Assembly: GCA_030390025.1 (NCBI GenBank)
Contig: CM059431.1
Coordinates: 104,658,001 to 104,722,000, forward strand
Direction: 5' to 3'
Source of the DNA: Squalus acanthias
Lineage: Eukaryota
Length of the DNA stretch: 64,000 bases
Positions 12,138 to 23,781 of this stretch are shown here, piece by piece; the stretch's first letter is position 1; each line of letters begins with the position of its first letter. The translations under genes and the position numbers were made by a program. The notes beneath the pieces were generated by a model. That model was not told the DNA's origin, made no database searches, and was given only the letters and a program-made list of their open reading frames with translations.

Positions 12138-13004
12138 GGCTTGGATTTTACCAGCCCTGAGGAGGCGGGTTTGGAGGTGGGACTGCTGGCAAAATCACAA
12201 AGAATGGGAGCGGGTCCCGAACTCGCTCCCAACCCGCCTCCAAACAATCTTCCCGGGAGTCAGGGTCCCCGATTTGCGCAGGGACCCGACTCCTAGCGGC
12301 GGGAAGAGGATTATAGCCACTTAACAGCCTGTTAACAGGTAGTTAACAGGCAGTTAAGAGGCTTTTTCCCATTTTGAGACTTCTGCTGTGGGCTTCCCGA
12401 CATTGGGGAACCCCGTCAAGGTATGTGAGGCGTGTTGTGGGTCTGTTGTAATGTTTGTGTATAGATGACAGCTGCAGAAGTGGTGTGAAGGATCCAATGG
12501 GACACTGGTGAGTATCAGAGGTAAGGAGATGTTGGGAAAGTCATTTTTAATGTGTTTAGATTTTTCTGTAGGTGACAAGCTTTGAAGTGTTTGTGTGGCC
12601 TCACCTCATTGGGAGAAGTGACAGATCACTTCTGTAACCTCACCTACAGCTGCCATCTGTTTTATCTAAGGAGAGAGTCAATGGAGAGCCTGGGTGTAAG
12701 GGCTCACCTTTGTACAGTAATTGTCAGTGTTTGACAGCACCTCAATGCTGTCAAACACTGACAAATCATCTGTCAAAAATAAATGGTACATGTCCCTTTA
12801 AGAAAGCTGGCAGATGAATTGTCATCAACTAACGTTATCTGACACCGGCTTTCCCTTAATTGGCCGGCAAGCCCGCAGGGTGGGCTTAACAAGGCCAATC
12901 AGGGGAAAATAGCGTCTGTGCGTCGGACGTCGCTGGGGGTGGGACTGGAACCCGGAAGGCAGTAGTCCCGCCCCCAACTCGTCTCGGTGAGTAAAATCCA
13001 GCCC
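12138..13004. mobile_element. Harbinger-type MITE, family B, inserted in CR1
   Basis: TIR GGCTTGGATTTTAC / rc GGGCTGGATTTTAC; TSD TGT; removal restores the CR1 sequence CTGAGACTGTGAC. Confidence 0.85.
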
Positions 13005-13984
13005 TGTGACTCCGTGTTCTAGATTTCCCAGCCAGGGGAAACATTTTCTCAGCATTAACCCTGTCCAGCCCCTTAAGAATTTTATATGTTTCAATAAGAT
13101 CACCTCTCATTCTTCTAAACTATAGGGAATATAGGCCTAGTCTACTCAATCCCTCCTCATAGGGCAATCCCCCCATCCCAGGAATCAGTCTGGTGGACCT
13201 TCATTGCACTCCATCTAAGGCAAGTATATCTTTCCTTAGGTAAGGAGACCAGAACTGTACGCAGTACTCCAGGTGTCACCTCACCAATGCCCTGTATAAT
13301 TGCAGTAAGACTTCTTTACTCTTATACTCTAATCCCATTGTAACAAAAGCTAACATACCATTTGCTTTCATAATTGCTTGCTGTACCTGTATGTTAACTT
13401 TCTGTGATTCATGTACAAGGACACCCAGGTCCCTCTGAATACAAAAATTTCCCAGTCTTTCACCATTCAAAAAATATACTGCTTTTTTGTTTTTCCTACC
13501 AATGTGGATAACTTCACACTTCCCCACATTGTAATCCATTTGCCATGTTCTTGCCCAGTCAATCAACCTGTCCATATCTCTCTGCAGCCTCTTTGCATCC
13601 TCCTCACAGCTTACTTTCCCACCTAACTTTGTATCATCAGTAAACTTGGATACGCTACACTCAGTCCCTTCATCTAAGTCATTAATATACATTGTAAAAA
13701 GCTGAGGCCCAAGCACTGATCCTTGCGGTACCCCGCTAGTTACAGCCTGCCAACCCGAAAAAGTCCCGTTTATTCCTACTCTCTGTTTTCTGTCCATTAA
13801 CCAATCCTCAATCCATGCTAATATATTACCCCCCATCCCATGAGTCCTAATTTTGTGTAATAACCTCTTGTGTGGCTCCTTATTGAATGCTGTTTGAATA
13901 TCCAAATACACTACATCCACTGGTTCCCCCTTATCCATCCTACTAGCTACATCTTCAAAACACTCTAACAGATTTGTCAAACAT

Positions 13985-14206
13985 AAATACAATAGCAAAA
14001 TACTGTGGAAGCTGGAAATCAGAAATAACAACAGAAAGTGCTGGAAACACTCAGCAGGTCAGGCAGCATCGAGGAGAGAGAAACAGAGTCAACGTTTCGG
14101 GTCGGGGACTCTTGATGTCAAGGGTCCTTGACCCGAAACATTGACTCTGTTTCTCTCTCTTCGATGCTGCCTGACCTGCTGAGTGGTTCCAGCATTTTCT
14201 GTTGTT
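13985..14206. repeat. Penelope-like palindromic repeat inserted in CR1
   Basis: Inverted arms CTCAGCAGGTCAGGCAGCATCG / CGATGCTGCCTGACCTGCTGAG. Confidence 0.65.
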
Positions 14207-14824
14207 ATTCCCTTACATAAAACCATGTTGACTCTGCCTAATCATATTACGATTTTCTAAGTGCCCTGTTACCACGACTCTAATAATAAATAATAAGAAG
14301 GTGCAATTCAGCTTGCCCTGGTAGAAAGGAGGAATGGTGCTTGTGTGGGGGACCAGCAATGTGTTGTGGGACTTAAAGTTGAATAAATATAAATAACTCC
14401 TCAAACCCCTCAAAGTTAAATATCTCTGCAATGTAAATACAAGAGCCAGAGCACAGAGCTAGGTATATTTATTTCTTAACTTTAGAAATTAAACTGCAAC
14501 AAAACCCAAACATCGGATGTTAGGAGTTCCGGTGCAGTAAGTATCAAGGTTTATTTTAATCACAGAAGCTTGGCAGTTGTGTTTTTGTATTTATTTTAAA
14601 GCAAGCATGAAACAAACATTGTACCCTTCCCTTTCATACCACTATCCACTTCAGCAGGGAATCTCTGTTTCAACTTTATGTGATCTGCTAACAGCTCTTA
14701 AACGATAATCCTGTGCTCCTATTGATAACTGAGCTCTGCCTTTTTCCTGTCAAAACACAGAGTGACAAGAAGCCGAGGATCCATTTGTACCAAGCATCTA
14801 CCGTATATAAATGAGGTGTGTTTC

Positions 14825-15273
14825 TGCTGCCCGTATCCTCGCACCAAATCCTATTCACTCATCACCCCTGTGTTCGCTAACCTACATTGGCTCCCGGTCC
14901 AGCAACGCCTCGATTATAAAATTCTCATCCTTGCTTTCCAACCCCTCCATGGCCTCGCCCCCCTCCCTATCTCTGTAACCTCCTCCAGTTCTCCGAGATC
15001 TCTGCGCTCCTCCAATTTTGGCCTCTTATGCATCCCCGATTTTCATCGCTCCACCATTGGTGGCCGTGCCTTCAGCTGCCTGGGCCCTAAGCTCTGGAAT
15101 TCCCTCCCTAAACCTCTACGACTGTCCACCTCTCTCTCCTCCTTCAAGATGCTCCTTGAAACCTACCGCTTGGTCACCTGTCCTAATATGTGGCTCGGTG
15201 TCAAATTTTGTTTGATAACGCTCCTGTGAAGCGCCTTGGGACATTAAAGGTGCTATATAAATGCAAGTTGTTG
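14825..15273 (+). mobile_element. L2 LINE 3' fragment
   Basis: LHWLPV..GGRAFS..LWNSLP; tail AAGGTGCTATATAAATGCAAGTTGTTG. Confidence 0.85.
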
Positions 15274-15519
15274 TAGTCAAGAGGGTAAGATGTTCCAAGC
15301 TCACAGCCAGCTCTGGAAATGCAGTCAGTGGAGCCTTCTGATCCACAAGGAAAGGCATTTGAGTGGCACCGGAATATCCTTCCAACAGGAATTCTGCCTC
15401 CCTCGCCAGGTGGTTCAAACCCTGTGAAACTGACGTGCTGGATGAAATGTAGGTGGGAATGTTAGTCAAGAATGTGGTCCAAACTTAGCTTGTGGAGGGT
15501 TCTGCCCTGTTTGAAGTAC

Positions 15520-15997
15520 TCCCACATTCCACCCTACGTAAACTTGAGGTCATCCAAAACTCGGCTGCCCGTGTCCTAACTCACACCAAGTCCCGTTCGC
15601 CCATCTCCCCTGTGCTTGCTGACCTACATTGGCTCCCGGTTAAGCAGCGCCTCGATTTCAATATTCTCATCCTTGCTTTCCAACCCCTCCATGGCCGCGC
15701 CCCCTCCCTATCTCTGAAACCTCCTCCAGCCCCACAACCCTCCGAGATCTCTGCACTCCTCCATTTCTGGGCGGCCGTGCCTTCAGCTGCCTGGGCCCTA
15801 AGCTCTGGAATTCCCTTCCTCAACCTCTCCACGTCTCTCTCCTCTTTTAAAACACTCCCTAAAACCTGCCTCTTTCCTCTCCTAATATCTCCTTATGTGG
15901 CTCGGTGTCGCATTTTGTTTGGTTACGCTCTTGTGAAGCACCTTGGGATGTTTTACTGCGTTAAAGACGCTGTATAAATGCCAGATGTTGTTGTTGT
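15520..15997 (+). mobile_element. L2 LINE 3' fragment
   Basis: IQNSAARVLT..LHWLPV; (TTG)n tail. Confidence 0.85.
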
Positions 15998-17946
15998 GCC
16001 TTTCTGTCGTTGTCCCTTCTCATGCTCAGAGCGCAACTTTCTACACACAATCAACATCATCTCCTGCTGTTCTCAAGTGCTATCTAATCAATTCTGACGT
16101 CTAACCTCTCGCACTTCTGAGATGCCACTTTACATTTAACCACACTGACATTTAATATTTGCAAAAAGAAAAGAAAAGTGCCTAATATAGAGGATAATGA
16201 TGCTATTTTGCATACCATATGCAGCATAACGATGCCTGTTTCAAGCCAAGATAAACTACTTGCCAATGCAACATGCTGTTCTCAAGATGAAAGAAACACC
16301 ATCCACGGCTTTTTGCAGAGCCCAGTCTAGAGACAAATGAGGCTTTATCTTCAAAACTGCTGCCAGGCTAAACATCTATCACTGACTTACAATGGCTGCG
16401 GTGTGTGTACTGTTCATAGGATGAACGTCTTAGGACCCCAGATTTGCATTCTGGATGCTCGGTAGGGCATCAGGATGGCATCGCCCGGATCAGAACTGGC
16501 CGCTAACCTTGTCCCTGCTGCTTCCCGCCCAGTGGAGCCACTGAAAGTCTCTCCCTAGAAGGATTACTTGGGCAGTGATCGCCCCCCCCACTATTACAGT
16601 GGGAGAACACTATAAGCAAAGAAGTTTGCATTTCCCCTACTTTATTCTACATCGTCCTATGAAGCTCACCTACATAACCATTAAGGTCACCCTGGTCAAA
16701 TGAAAATGTGTCCCCGTGTTATCAAGATTAAAATATTGGGCCAAACCTTGCTGGAAGAATAACGGTTTGTTAACGACGCACGCCGCTATTAATGTGCAAA
16801 ATCGGCCCCCAATTTCAGGGGATGAGGAAATACGCTGTGAGTTGCGAATCTCCAGAACTTGCTGGTAGATTTACGCCGCCCCACTGTTTGCTTTTCACAA
16901 ACGGCATCTCGCCCTCAACCTCTTTGTTATTCTTAAGAACTTGCTGGGTTTGCACATTAATTGCCCATTAAACTCGTCGCAGAAAGTTCGGGGCTGTAAG
17001 GAAGAGAAGTCCTTTTGGACACAATTTTCAAGCTGGACATTCAACCAGCATGCTTTGGGAAGCTGGGAACAGCGCTGATCGGAGAAAAGTTTGTTTTAAA
17101 ATTAAAACCTGCTGAACTGTGGCAAAGCAGCGAAACCAGAAGGAACAAAGACTTTGGGCTCGATTTTGCCAGGCCTGAGGAGGCGGGAATGGAGGCGTGT
17201 GAGTTGTAAAAAGCGCTAAAAATGGCGGGCGGGTCCGATCCAACCTCCATCCCGCCTCCGAGCAATTTTACCACGTTCGTGGTTTCAGACCCTGTTTCCA
17301 TCCCGCCTCCAAGAGGCAGGATAGGCCCTTAAGGTCCTTAACTACCAGTTAATTGCCTCTACAATCCCATTTTGAGAGGCCTTTCTGAATTTAAGACTTT
17401 TCCCCCGTGCTGCACGTCTCCTCTGGAACACGTCAGTTAATTCTGGTGGCCTCACAAGTGGATGGCTTACTAACAGCTGCAGCTCCACTATTAAAAAGGA
17501 CTTTTCACCAATGATCATTTGCAGGTGGCAGAACTTTGTTGTCTCAGGTCTGGGGGAACTTTTAGCAGGCATACTCATTGTTGTGGAAGTTTGGAGCCTG
17601 ACACCCATCTCCAGTGTGACCTCCTGGGAAACCCCTCTCCCCACATTGACTGAGCACTTCCTCAACTGAGGTATATACCAGAAGCATGGGAACCATCTAT
17701 TTCCTTTCCTCCTGGACATCAGATTCGGACAAAGACCAGCCGCGGCAGCAGCAGAACCCTGGACAACAGCATCACCAACAGCAGCAGTAACAACAGGAGC
17801 AACAACAGGATCTCCAAGCTGCTGCTCACTCACCTGAAGCTGCACAGGCCAGAAGGAGCCAGCACATGGAAGCACGTCGGCGCAGGAGATACCCCCAAAA
17901 CAGGGTCTACAGACAGAGGATCAGCTACCTCAACATGACAGGGTGT

Positions 17947-18409
17947 CAGAGGCGCCGGACCTGGGTGGAGCGGCTGCGGCGAGGCGGAGGACTCAAGAGG
18001 CGGCGACGACCAGGTAGGCCCACAGAGGCGGCGGACCTGGGTGGAGCGGCTGCAGCGAGGCGGAGGACTCAAGAGGCGGCGGCGACCAGGTAGGCCCACA
18101 GAGGCGGCGGACCTGGGTGGAGCGGCTGCGGCGAGGCGGAGGACTCAAGAGGCGGCGGCGACCAGGTAGGCCCACAGAGGCGGCGGACCTGGGTGGAGCG
18201 GCTGCAGCGAGGCGGAGAACTCAAGAGGCGGCGGCGACCAGGTAGGCCCACAGAGGCGCCGGACCTGGGTGGAGCGGCTGCGGCGAGGCGGAGGACTCAA
18301 GAGGCGGCGGCGACCAGGTAGGCCCACAGAGGCGGCGGACCTGGGTGGAGTGGCTGCGGCGAGGCGGAGGACTCAAGAGGCGGCGGCGACCAGGTGGGCC
18401 CACAGAGGC
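17947..18409 (+). repeat. Six tandem 76-bp GC/CpG-rich monomers in the CR1 5' UTR (candidate internal promoter)
   Basis: Units start at 17947, 18023, 18099, 18175, 18251 and 18327, with few substitutions. Confidence 0.9.
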
Positions 18410-18605
18410 TTTTAAAGTGCGGGACGCAGTGGTTGCTGGGTAGGTGATTAATTTTTACCTGTATATAAGTTGGGCGGTTCCTAAACCCGAGACACTACAC
18501 TTGTAGTGTCCCCCACCCTTCCTCCTCCTCTAACCTAAAGGAGGTGAGTGACTATCAGGTAAGCTCTTTTTTGTTCTAGTTTAATCTGCAAGTTAGCTGG
18601 AGGGG

Positions 18606-19532
18606 ATGGCAGGGGAGGCAGTGAAATGTTCCTCCTGCAGAATGTTTGAGGTGAGGGACGCCGTAGGTGTCCCTGCTGATTACACCTGTGGGAAGTGCAC
18701 CCATCTCCAGCTCCTCGAAAACCGTGTTAGAGAACTGGAGTTGGAGCTGGATGAACTTCGGATCATTCGGGAGGCAGAGGAGGTCATAGATAGAAGTTTC
18801 AGGGATGTAATTACTCCAAAGCATGAAGATAGATGGGTGACGGTGAGAGGGGCTAGGAGGAAGCAGTCAGTGCAGGGATCCTCTGTGGTCGTTCCCCTCA
18901 GTAACAGGTATACCGCTTTGAATACTGTTGAGGGGGACGACTTACCAGTGGTAAGCCACGGTGACCGGATCTCCGGCGCTGGGTCCGTCCCTGTGGCTCA
19001 GAAGGGAAGGGGGGAGAGCAGGAGAGCAATAGTTATTGGGGACTCAATAGTCAGAGGGACAGATAGGAGGTTCTGTGGCAGCAAAAGAGACTCACGGATG
19101 GTATGTTGCCTCCCGGGTGCCAGGGTCCGTGACGTCTCGGACCGTGTTTTCAGAATCCTCAAAGGGGAAGGGGAACAATCACAAGTCGTGGTACACATCG
19201 GTACCAACGACATAGGTAGGAGAAGGGACGGGGATTTAAAACAGGAATTTAGGGAGCTAGGTTGGAAGCTGAGAGCCAGTACAAACCATGTTGTAATTTC
19301 TGGTTTGTTGCCGGTGCCACGTGCTAGCGAGTTGAGGAACAGGGAGAGAGTGCAGATAAACACGTGGCTGCAGGGATGGTGTAGGGGGGAGGGTTTCAGT
19401 TATGTGGATAATTGGAGCACATTCTGGGGAAGGTGGGACCTGTACAAACAGGACGGTTTGCACCTGAACCAGAGGGGCACCAATATCCTGGGAGGGAAAT
19501 TTGCTACGGCTCTTCGGGGGGGTTTAAACTAA
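18606..19532 (+). CDS. CR1 ORF1p: C4 zinc finger, leucine zipper, SGNH/GDSL esterase domain
   Basis: CSSC..CGKC; LLENRVRELELELDEL; IGDSIVRG, HIGTND, DGLHLN; 308 aa, uninterrupted. Confidence 0.93.
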   Translation: MAGEAVKCSSCRMFEVRDAVGVPADYTCGKCTHLQLLENRVRELELELDELRIIREAEEVIDRSFRDVITPKHEDRWVTVRGARRKQSVQGSSVVVPLSNRYTALNTVEGDDLPVVSHGDRISGAGSVPVAQKGRGESRRAIVIGDSIVRGTDRRFCGSKRDSRMVCCLPGARVRDVSDRVFRILKGEGEQSQVVVHIGTNDIGRRRDGDLKQEFRELGWKLRASTNHVVISGLLPVPRASELRNRERVQINTWLQGWCRGEGFSYVDNWSTFWGRWDLYKQDGLHLNQRGTNILGGKFATALRGGLN

Positions 19533-22429
19533 TTTGTCAGGGGGATGGGAAAAAGGGCTGTAGTCCACGAGCCAGTGGTGAGTGTAGGGAGGTACTGAGG
19601 AGGGTATCAAGGTCGCAGGAATGTACCGGCAGACAGGAAGATGGCTTGAAGTGTGTCTACTTCAATGCAAGGAGCATCCGGAATAAGGTAGGAGAACTTG
19701 GAGCGTGGATTGGTACTTGGGACTACGATGTGGTGGCCATTACGGAGACATGGTTAGAACAGGGACAGGAATGGTTGTTGGAAGTTCCGGGGTATAGATG
19801 TTTCAGTAAGAGTAGGGAAGTTGGTAAGAAAGGTGGAGGAGTAGCATTGTTAATCAAGGATAGTTTAACAGCGGCAGAGAGGCAGTTCGAGGGGGATCTG
19901 CCGTCTGAGGTAATATGGGCTGAAGTTAGAAATAGGAAAGGAGCGGTCACGTTGTTAGGAGTTTTCTACAGGCCCCCAAATAGTAATAAAGATGTGGAGG
20001 AAGAAATTGCAAAGCAGATTATGAATAGGTGTGGAGGTCACAGAGTAGTTGTCATGGGTGACTTCAACTTTCCAAATATTGATTGGAACCTTTATAGGTC
20101 AAACAGTTCGGATGGGATAGTTTTTGCACAGTGTGTGCAGGAGGGTTTCCTGACACAATATGTGGATAGGCCGACAAGAGGTGGGGCCACGTTGGATTTG
20201 GTACTGGGTAATGAACCGGGCCAAGTGTTTGATTTGTATGTGGGAGAGCACTTTGGAGATAGTGACCACAATTCGGTAACTTTCACTATTGCAATGGAGA
20301 GGGATAGGGCCATACGGCAGGGCAGGGTTTATAATTGGGGGAGGGGTAATTATGATGCGATTAGGCAAGAATTAGGGAGTATAAGATGGGAACAGAAACT
20401 ATCAGGGAAAGGCACAAACGAAAAGTGGAGCTTTTTCATGGAGCAATTACTGCGTGTCCTTGATAGGTATGTCCCTGTCAGGCAGGGAGGAAATGGGCGA
20501 GTGAGAGAACCATGGTTCACAAAAGAGGTTGAATGTCTAGTCAAGAGGAAAAAGGAAGCGTATGTAAGGATGAGAAAACAAGGTTCAGTTGGGTCGATTG
20601 AGGGGTACAAGGTAGCAAGGAATGAGCTAAAAAAAGAGCTTAGGAGAGCTAGGAGGGGGCATGAGAAGTCCTTGGCGGGTCGGATCAAGAAAAACCCCAA
20701 GGCTTTTTACTCTTATGTGAGAAATAAAAGAATGACCAGGGTGAGGGTAGGGCCGGTCAAGGACAGTAGTGGGAACTTGTGCATGGAGTCAGAAGAGATA
20801 GGAGAGGTGATGAATGAATACTTTTCGTCAGTGTTCACCGAGGAGCGGGGCCATGTTCCTGAGGATGAGAGTGTGATAAAGGTGGATAGGCTGGAGGTGG
20901 TAGATGTTCTGAGGGAAGATGTTTTAGCAATTTTGAAGAACCTGAGGGTCGATAAGTCCCCTGGGCCAGATGGGATATATCCTAGGATTCTTTGGGAGGC
21001 AAGGGAGGAGATTGCAGAGCCTCTGGCTTTGATCTTTGGGTCCTCACTGTCCACGGGGATGGTGCCAGAGGACTGGAGAGTGGCGAATGTTGTTCCTCTC
21101 TTCAAGAAAGGAAATAGGAATGACCCTGGTAATTATAGGCCGGTAAGTCTTACTTCGGTGGTTGGTAAGATAATGGAAAAGGTCCTGAGGGATAGGATTT
21201 ATGACCATTTGGAAAGGGGCAACTTAATCAGGGATAGTCAACACGGATTCGTGAAGGGTAAGTCTTGCCTAACAAATTTGATTGAATTCTTTGAGGAGGT
21301 AACTAAGTGTGTAGATGAAGGTAGAGCAGTTGATGTCGTATACATGGATTTTAGTAAGGCGTTTGATAAGGTTCCCCATGGTCGGCTCATGAAGAAAGTA
21401 AGGAGTTGTGGGATAGAGGGAAATTTGGCCGATTGGATAAGTAACTGGCTATCTCATAGAAGGCAGAGGGTGGTGGTGGATGGAACATTTTCGGACTGGA
21501 GACCAGTTACCAGCGGTGTGCCACAGGGGTCGGTGCTGGGTCCTCTGCTGTTTGTGATTTTTATCAATGACTTGGAGGAGGGGACTGAAGGGTGGATCAG
21601 TAAATTTGCTGATGACACCAAGATTGGTGGAGTAGTGGATGAGGTGGAGGGCAGTTGTAGGCTGCAAAGAGACATTGATAGGATGCAGAGCTGGGCCGAA
21701 AAATGGCAGATGGAATTTAACCCTGATAAGTGCGAGGTGATTCATTTTGGTAGGGCAAATTTGAATAAGGATTACAGGGTCAACGGCAGGGTTCTGAGGA
21801 ATGTGGAGGAGCAGAGGGATCTGGGGGTTCATATCCACAGATCTCTGAAGGTTGCCACTCAAGTGGATAGAGCAGTAAAGAAGGCCTATGGTGTGTTGGC
21901 GTTTATTAACAGAGGGTTTGAGTTTAAGAACCGTGAGGTTATGCTGCAACTGTACAGGACCTTGGTGAGACCACATTTGGAATATTGTGTGCAGTTCTGG
22001 TCACCTCACTATAGGAAGGACGTGGAAGCATTGGAAAGAGTGCAAAGGAGATTTACCAGGATGCTGCCTGGTTTGGGGGGGAGGTCTTATGAGGAAAGAT
22101 TGAGGGAGTTGGGGCTTTTCTCTTTAGAGCGGAGGAGGATGAGAGGCGACTTAATAGAGGTTTATAAGATGATGAGGGGGATAGATAGAGTGGATGTTCA
22201 GAGACTATTTCCTCGGGTAGAGGCAGCTGTTACAAGGGGGCATAACTATAAGGTGCATGGGGGGAGATATAGAAGGGATGTCCGAGGTAGATTCTTTACT
22301 CAGAGAGTGGTTGGGGTGTGGAATGGACTGCCTGCTGTGATAGTGGAGTCGGACACTTTAGGAACTTTCAAGCGGTTATTGGATAAGCACATGGAGCACA
22401 CCAGAGTGATAGGGAGTGTGATAGCTTGA
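19412..22429 (+). CDS. CR1 ORF2p: APE endonuclease + reverse transcriptase (true start uncertain)
   Basis: [26 protein letters not shown] (EN); [17 protein letters not shown] (RT); annotated start is TTG and the first in-frame ATG lies inside the EN domain. Confidence 0.95.
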   Translation: MEHILGKVGPVQTGRFAPEPEGHQYPGREICYGSSGGFKLICQGDGKKGCSPRASGECREVLRRVSRSQECTGRQEDGLKCVYFNARSIRNKVGELGAWIGTWDYDVVAITETWLEQGQEWLLEVPGYRCFSKSREVGKKGGGVALLIKDSLTAAERQFEGDLPSEVIWAEVRNRKGAVTLLGVFYRPPNSNKDVEEEIAKQIMNRCGGHRVVVMGDFNFPNIDWNLYRSNSSDGIVFAQCVQEGFLTQYVDRPTRGGATLDLVLGNEPGQVFDLYVGEHFGDSDHNSVTFTIAMERDRAIRQGRVYNWGRGNYDAIRQELGSIRWEQKLSGKGTNEKWSFFMEQLLRVLDRYVPVRQGGNGRVREPWFTKEVECLVKRKKEAYVRMRKQGSVGSIEGYKVARNELKKELRRARRGHEKSLAGRIKKNPKAFYSYVRNKRMTRVRVGPVKDSSGNLCMESEEIGEVMNEYFSSVFTEERGHVPEDESVIKVDRLEVVDVLREDVLAILKNLRVDKSPGPDGIYPRILWEAREEIAEPLALIFGSSLSTGMVPEDWRVANVVPLFKKGNRNDPGNYRPVSLTSVVGKIMEKVLRDRIYDHLERGNLIRDSQHGFVKGKSCLTNLIEFFEEVTKCVDEGRAVDVVYMDFSKAFDKVPHGRLMKKVRSCGIEGNLADWISNWLSHRRQRVVVDGTFSDWRPVTSGVPQGSVLGPLLFVIFINDLEEGTEGWISKFADDTKIGGVVDEVEGSCRLQRDIDRMQSWAEKWQMEFNPDKCEVIHFGRANLNKDYRVNGRVLRNVEEQRDLGVHIHRSLKVATQVDRAVKKAYGVLAFINRGFEFKNREVMLQLYRTLVRPHLEYCVQFWSPHYRKDVEALERVQRRFTRMLPGLGGRSYEERLRELGLFSLERRRMRGDLIEVYKMMRGIDRVDVQRLFPRVEAAVTRGHNYKVHGGRYRRDVRGRFFTQRVVGVWNGLPAVIVESDTLGTFKRLLDKHMEHTRVIGSVIA
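19520..19532 (+). other. Candidate -1 ribosomal frameshift site (G_GGU_UUA overlapping U_UUA_AAC, then UAA)
   Basis: ORF1 ends GGT TTA AAC TAA; ORF2 is in the -1 frame and open across this point. Confidence 0.55.
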
Positions 22430-23781
22430 TCTTGGTCTCGGACAATGCTCGGCACAACATCGAGGGCCGAAGGGCCTGTACTGTGCTGTACTGTTCTATG
22501 TTCTATGTTCTATGTTCTATGACTGAGCAGCTGTGCCAAAGGAGGCTCAGACTTTCGCGAGAGGTAGTCGCTGACATCTGTGCAATGCTGCAGCAAGACC
22601 TGGAGCCCAGAGAATCCGGTGGACACCCCTTACCAGTGGCCGTTAAAGTCACCACCGCACTCAACTTTTTTGCTTCAGGCTCATTCCAGGGATCAGCAGC
22701 AGACATCAGCAGCGTCTCCCAGGTGGCCGCGCACACTTGCATCACGCAGGTAGCCGATGCCCTCTTTGCCATCGCGCACAATTACATCAACTTCTCCAAG
22801 GATCAAGCAAGTGTAACTGCGCGTGCGGTAGGGTTTGACAATCTGGCAGGCTTTCCAAAGGTGCAGGGCGTCGTTAACTGTACATATGTGGCCCTTAAGG
22901 CACTCCATCACAATCCAGGTATTTTTGTCAACCGCAAGGGCTTCCAGTCCCTCAACGTACAGCTGGTATGTGACCACAATAAGGAAATTTTGCATGTTTT
23001 TGCCAAGTACCCTGGCAGTTGCCATCACTCCTTCATCCTGCACCAGTCTAGTGTGCCTCCGCTCTTCAGTCCGCCAGGCCAACTTTTCGGATGGCTACTT
23101 GGAGACAAGAGCTATCCCCTGAAGACGTGACTAATGATGCCGTTGAGGAGCCCTTCCAACGACGCTGAGGAATGCTACAACTCCAGCCACATTGCCACCA
23201 GATCCATAATCGAGCAAACCATCAGCTTGCTGAAGATGCGATTCAGATGCCTTGATAGATCAGGTGGAGCCCTGCAGTACTCAGCAGCCAGGGTCTCCAG
23301 AATCGTCTTGGTCTGCTGTGCACTTCACAACATGGCACAGCATCGTGGCTTGCAGCTGTCTGAGGTACAAGTGGCTCATCACATAGCCTCCTCAGATGAG
23401 GAGGAGGAGGAGGAGAGCGACAACGAACAGCTTGCAGAGGCGCATCAACCAGCGGCAGCAGCACGCGAGCACATTGCTGCCCAGGATGCAAGGGACGCAC
23501 TCACCTTGGCCAGATTTGCTTAGCCTGCACAAGCAAACACGCTTGCATCGTACCTTCTTACCAGAGCATCGAGAATGGACAAGAACGTGTGGATTCCTAT
23601 CACTCTGACCACCATACTGACAATTGCAAGTTGCCCTAAGGCCTCAAAGTGGAAGTCCCATTTGCGAAATGACACAGGCCACAACTCCAACAGTTTGCCA
23701 TCAAATTTGTTTATCATCACAATTCACGGATGGCTTTGCAAAAATAAACACAACACAACACCCAAGTGACTACCCTTATGA

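Larger units (their letters stand above)
11842..14282 (-). mobile_element. 5'-truncated CR1 LINE (RT to 3' end), interrupted by a MITE and a Penelope-like repeat
   Basis: ORF 13276-14031 [21 protein letters not shown]; (TTCTTATG)n tail at 11842-11860. Confidence 0.9.
17940..22518 (+). mobile_element. Full-length, apparently intact CR1 LINE
   Basis: 5' monomer array, open ORF1 and ORF2, 3' hairpin GGGCCGAAGGGCCT, (GTTCTAT)n tail; ATGAC duplicated at 17935-17939 and 22519-22523. Confidence 0.95.
17686..23523 (+). pseudogene. HARBI1-like Harbinger DDE transposase, split by CR1 (17686-17939 + 22524-23523)
   Basis: Reading frame continues across the insertion (..[19 protein letters not shown]); [51 protein letters not shown]; in-frame stops in the polyQ tract and at 23128-23130; conserved Asp residues substituted. 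Confidence 0.9.

Noticed and set aside
17830..18403. Series of similar 60-aa minus-strand ORFs
   Set aside because: They are translations of the 76-bp tandem array, not genes
19412..19522. ORF2 N-terminus as given by the ORF track
   Set aside because: It starts at TTG within ORF1 and is probably just the open -1 frame upstream of the junction
22426..23523. Domesticated host HARBI1 gene
   Set aside because: It lies between TIRs next to a Myb partner, has stops and substituted conserved Asp residues, is split by CR1 and has a paralogue in the window
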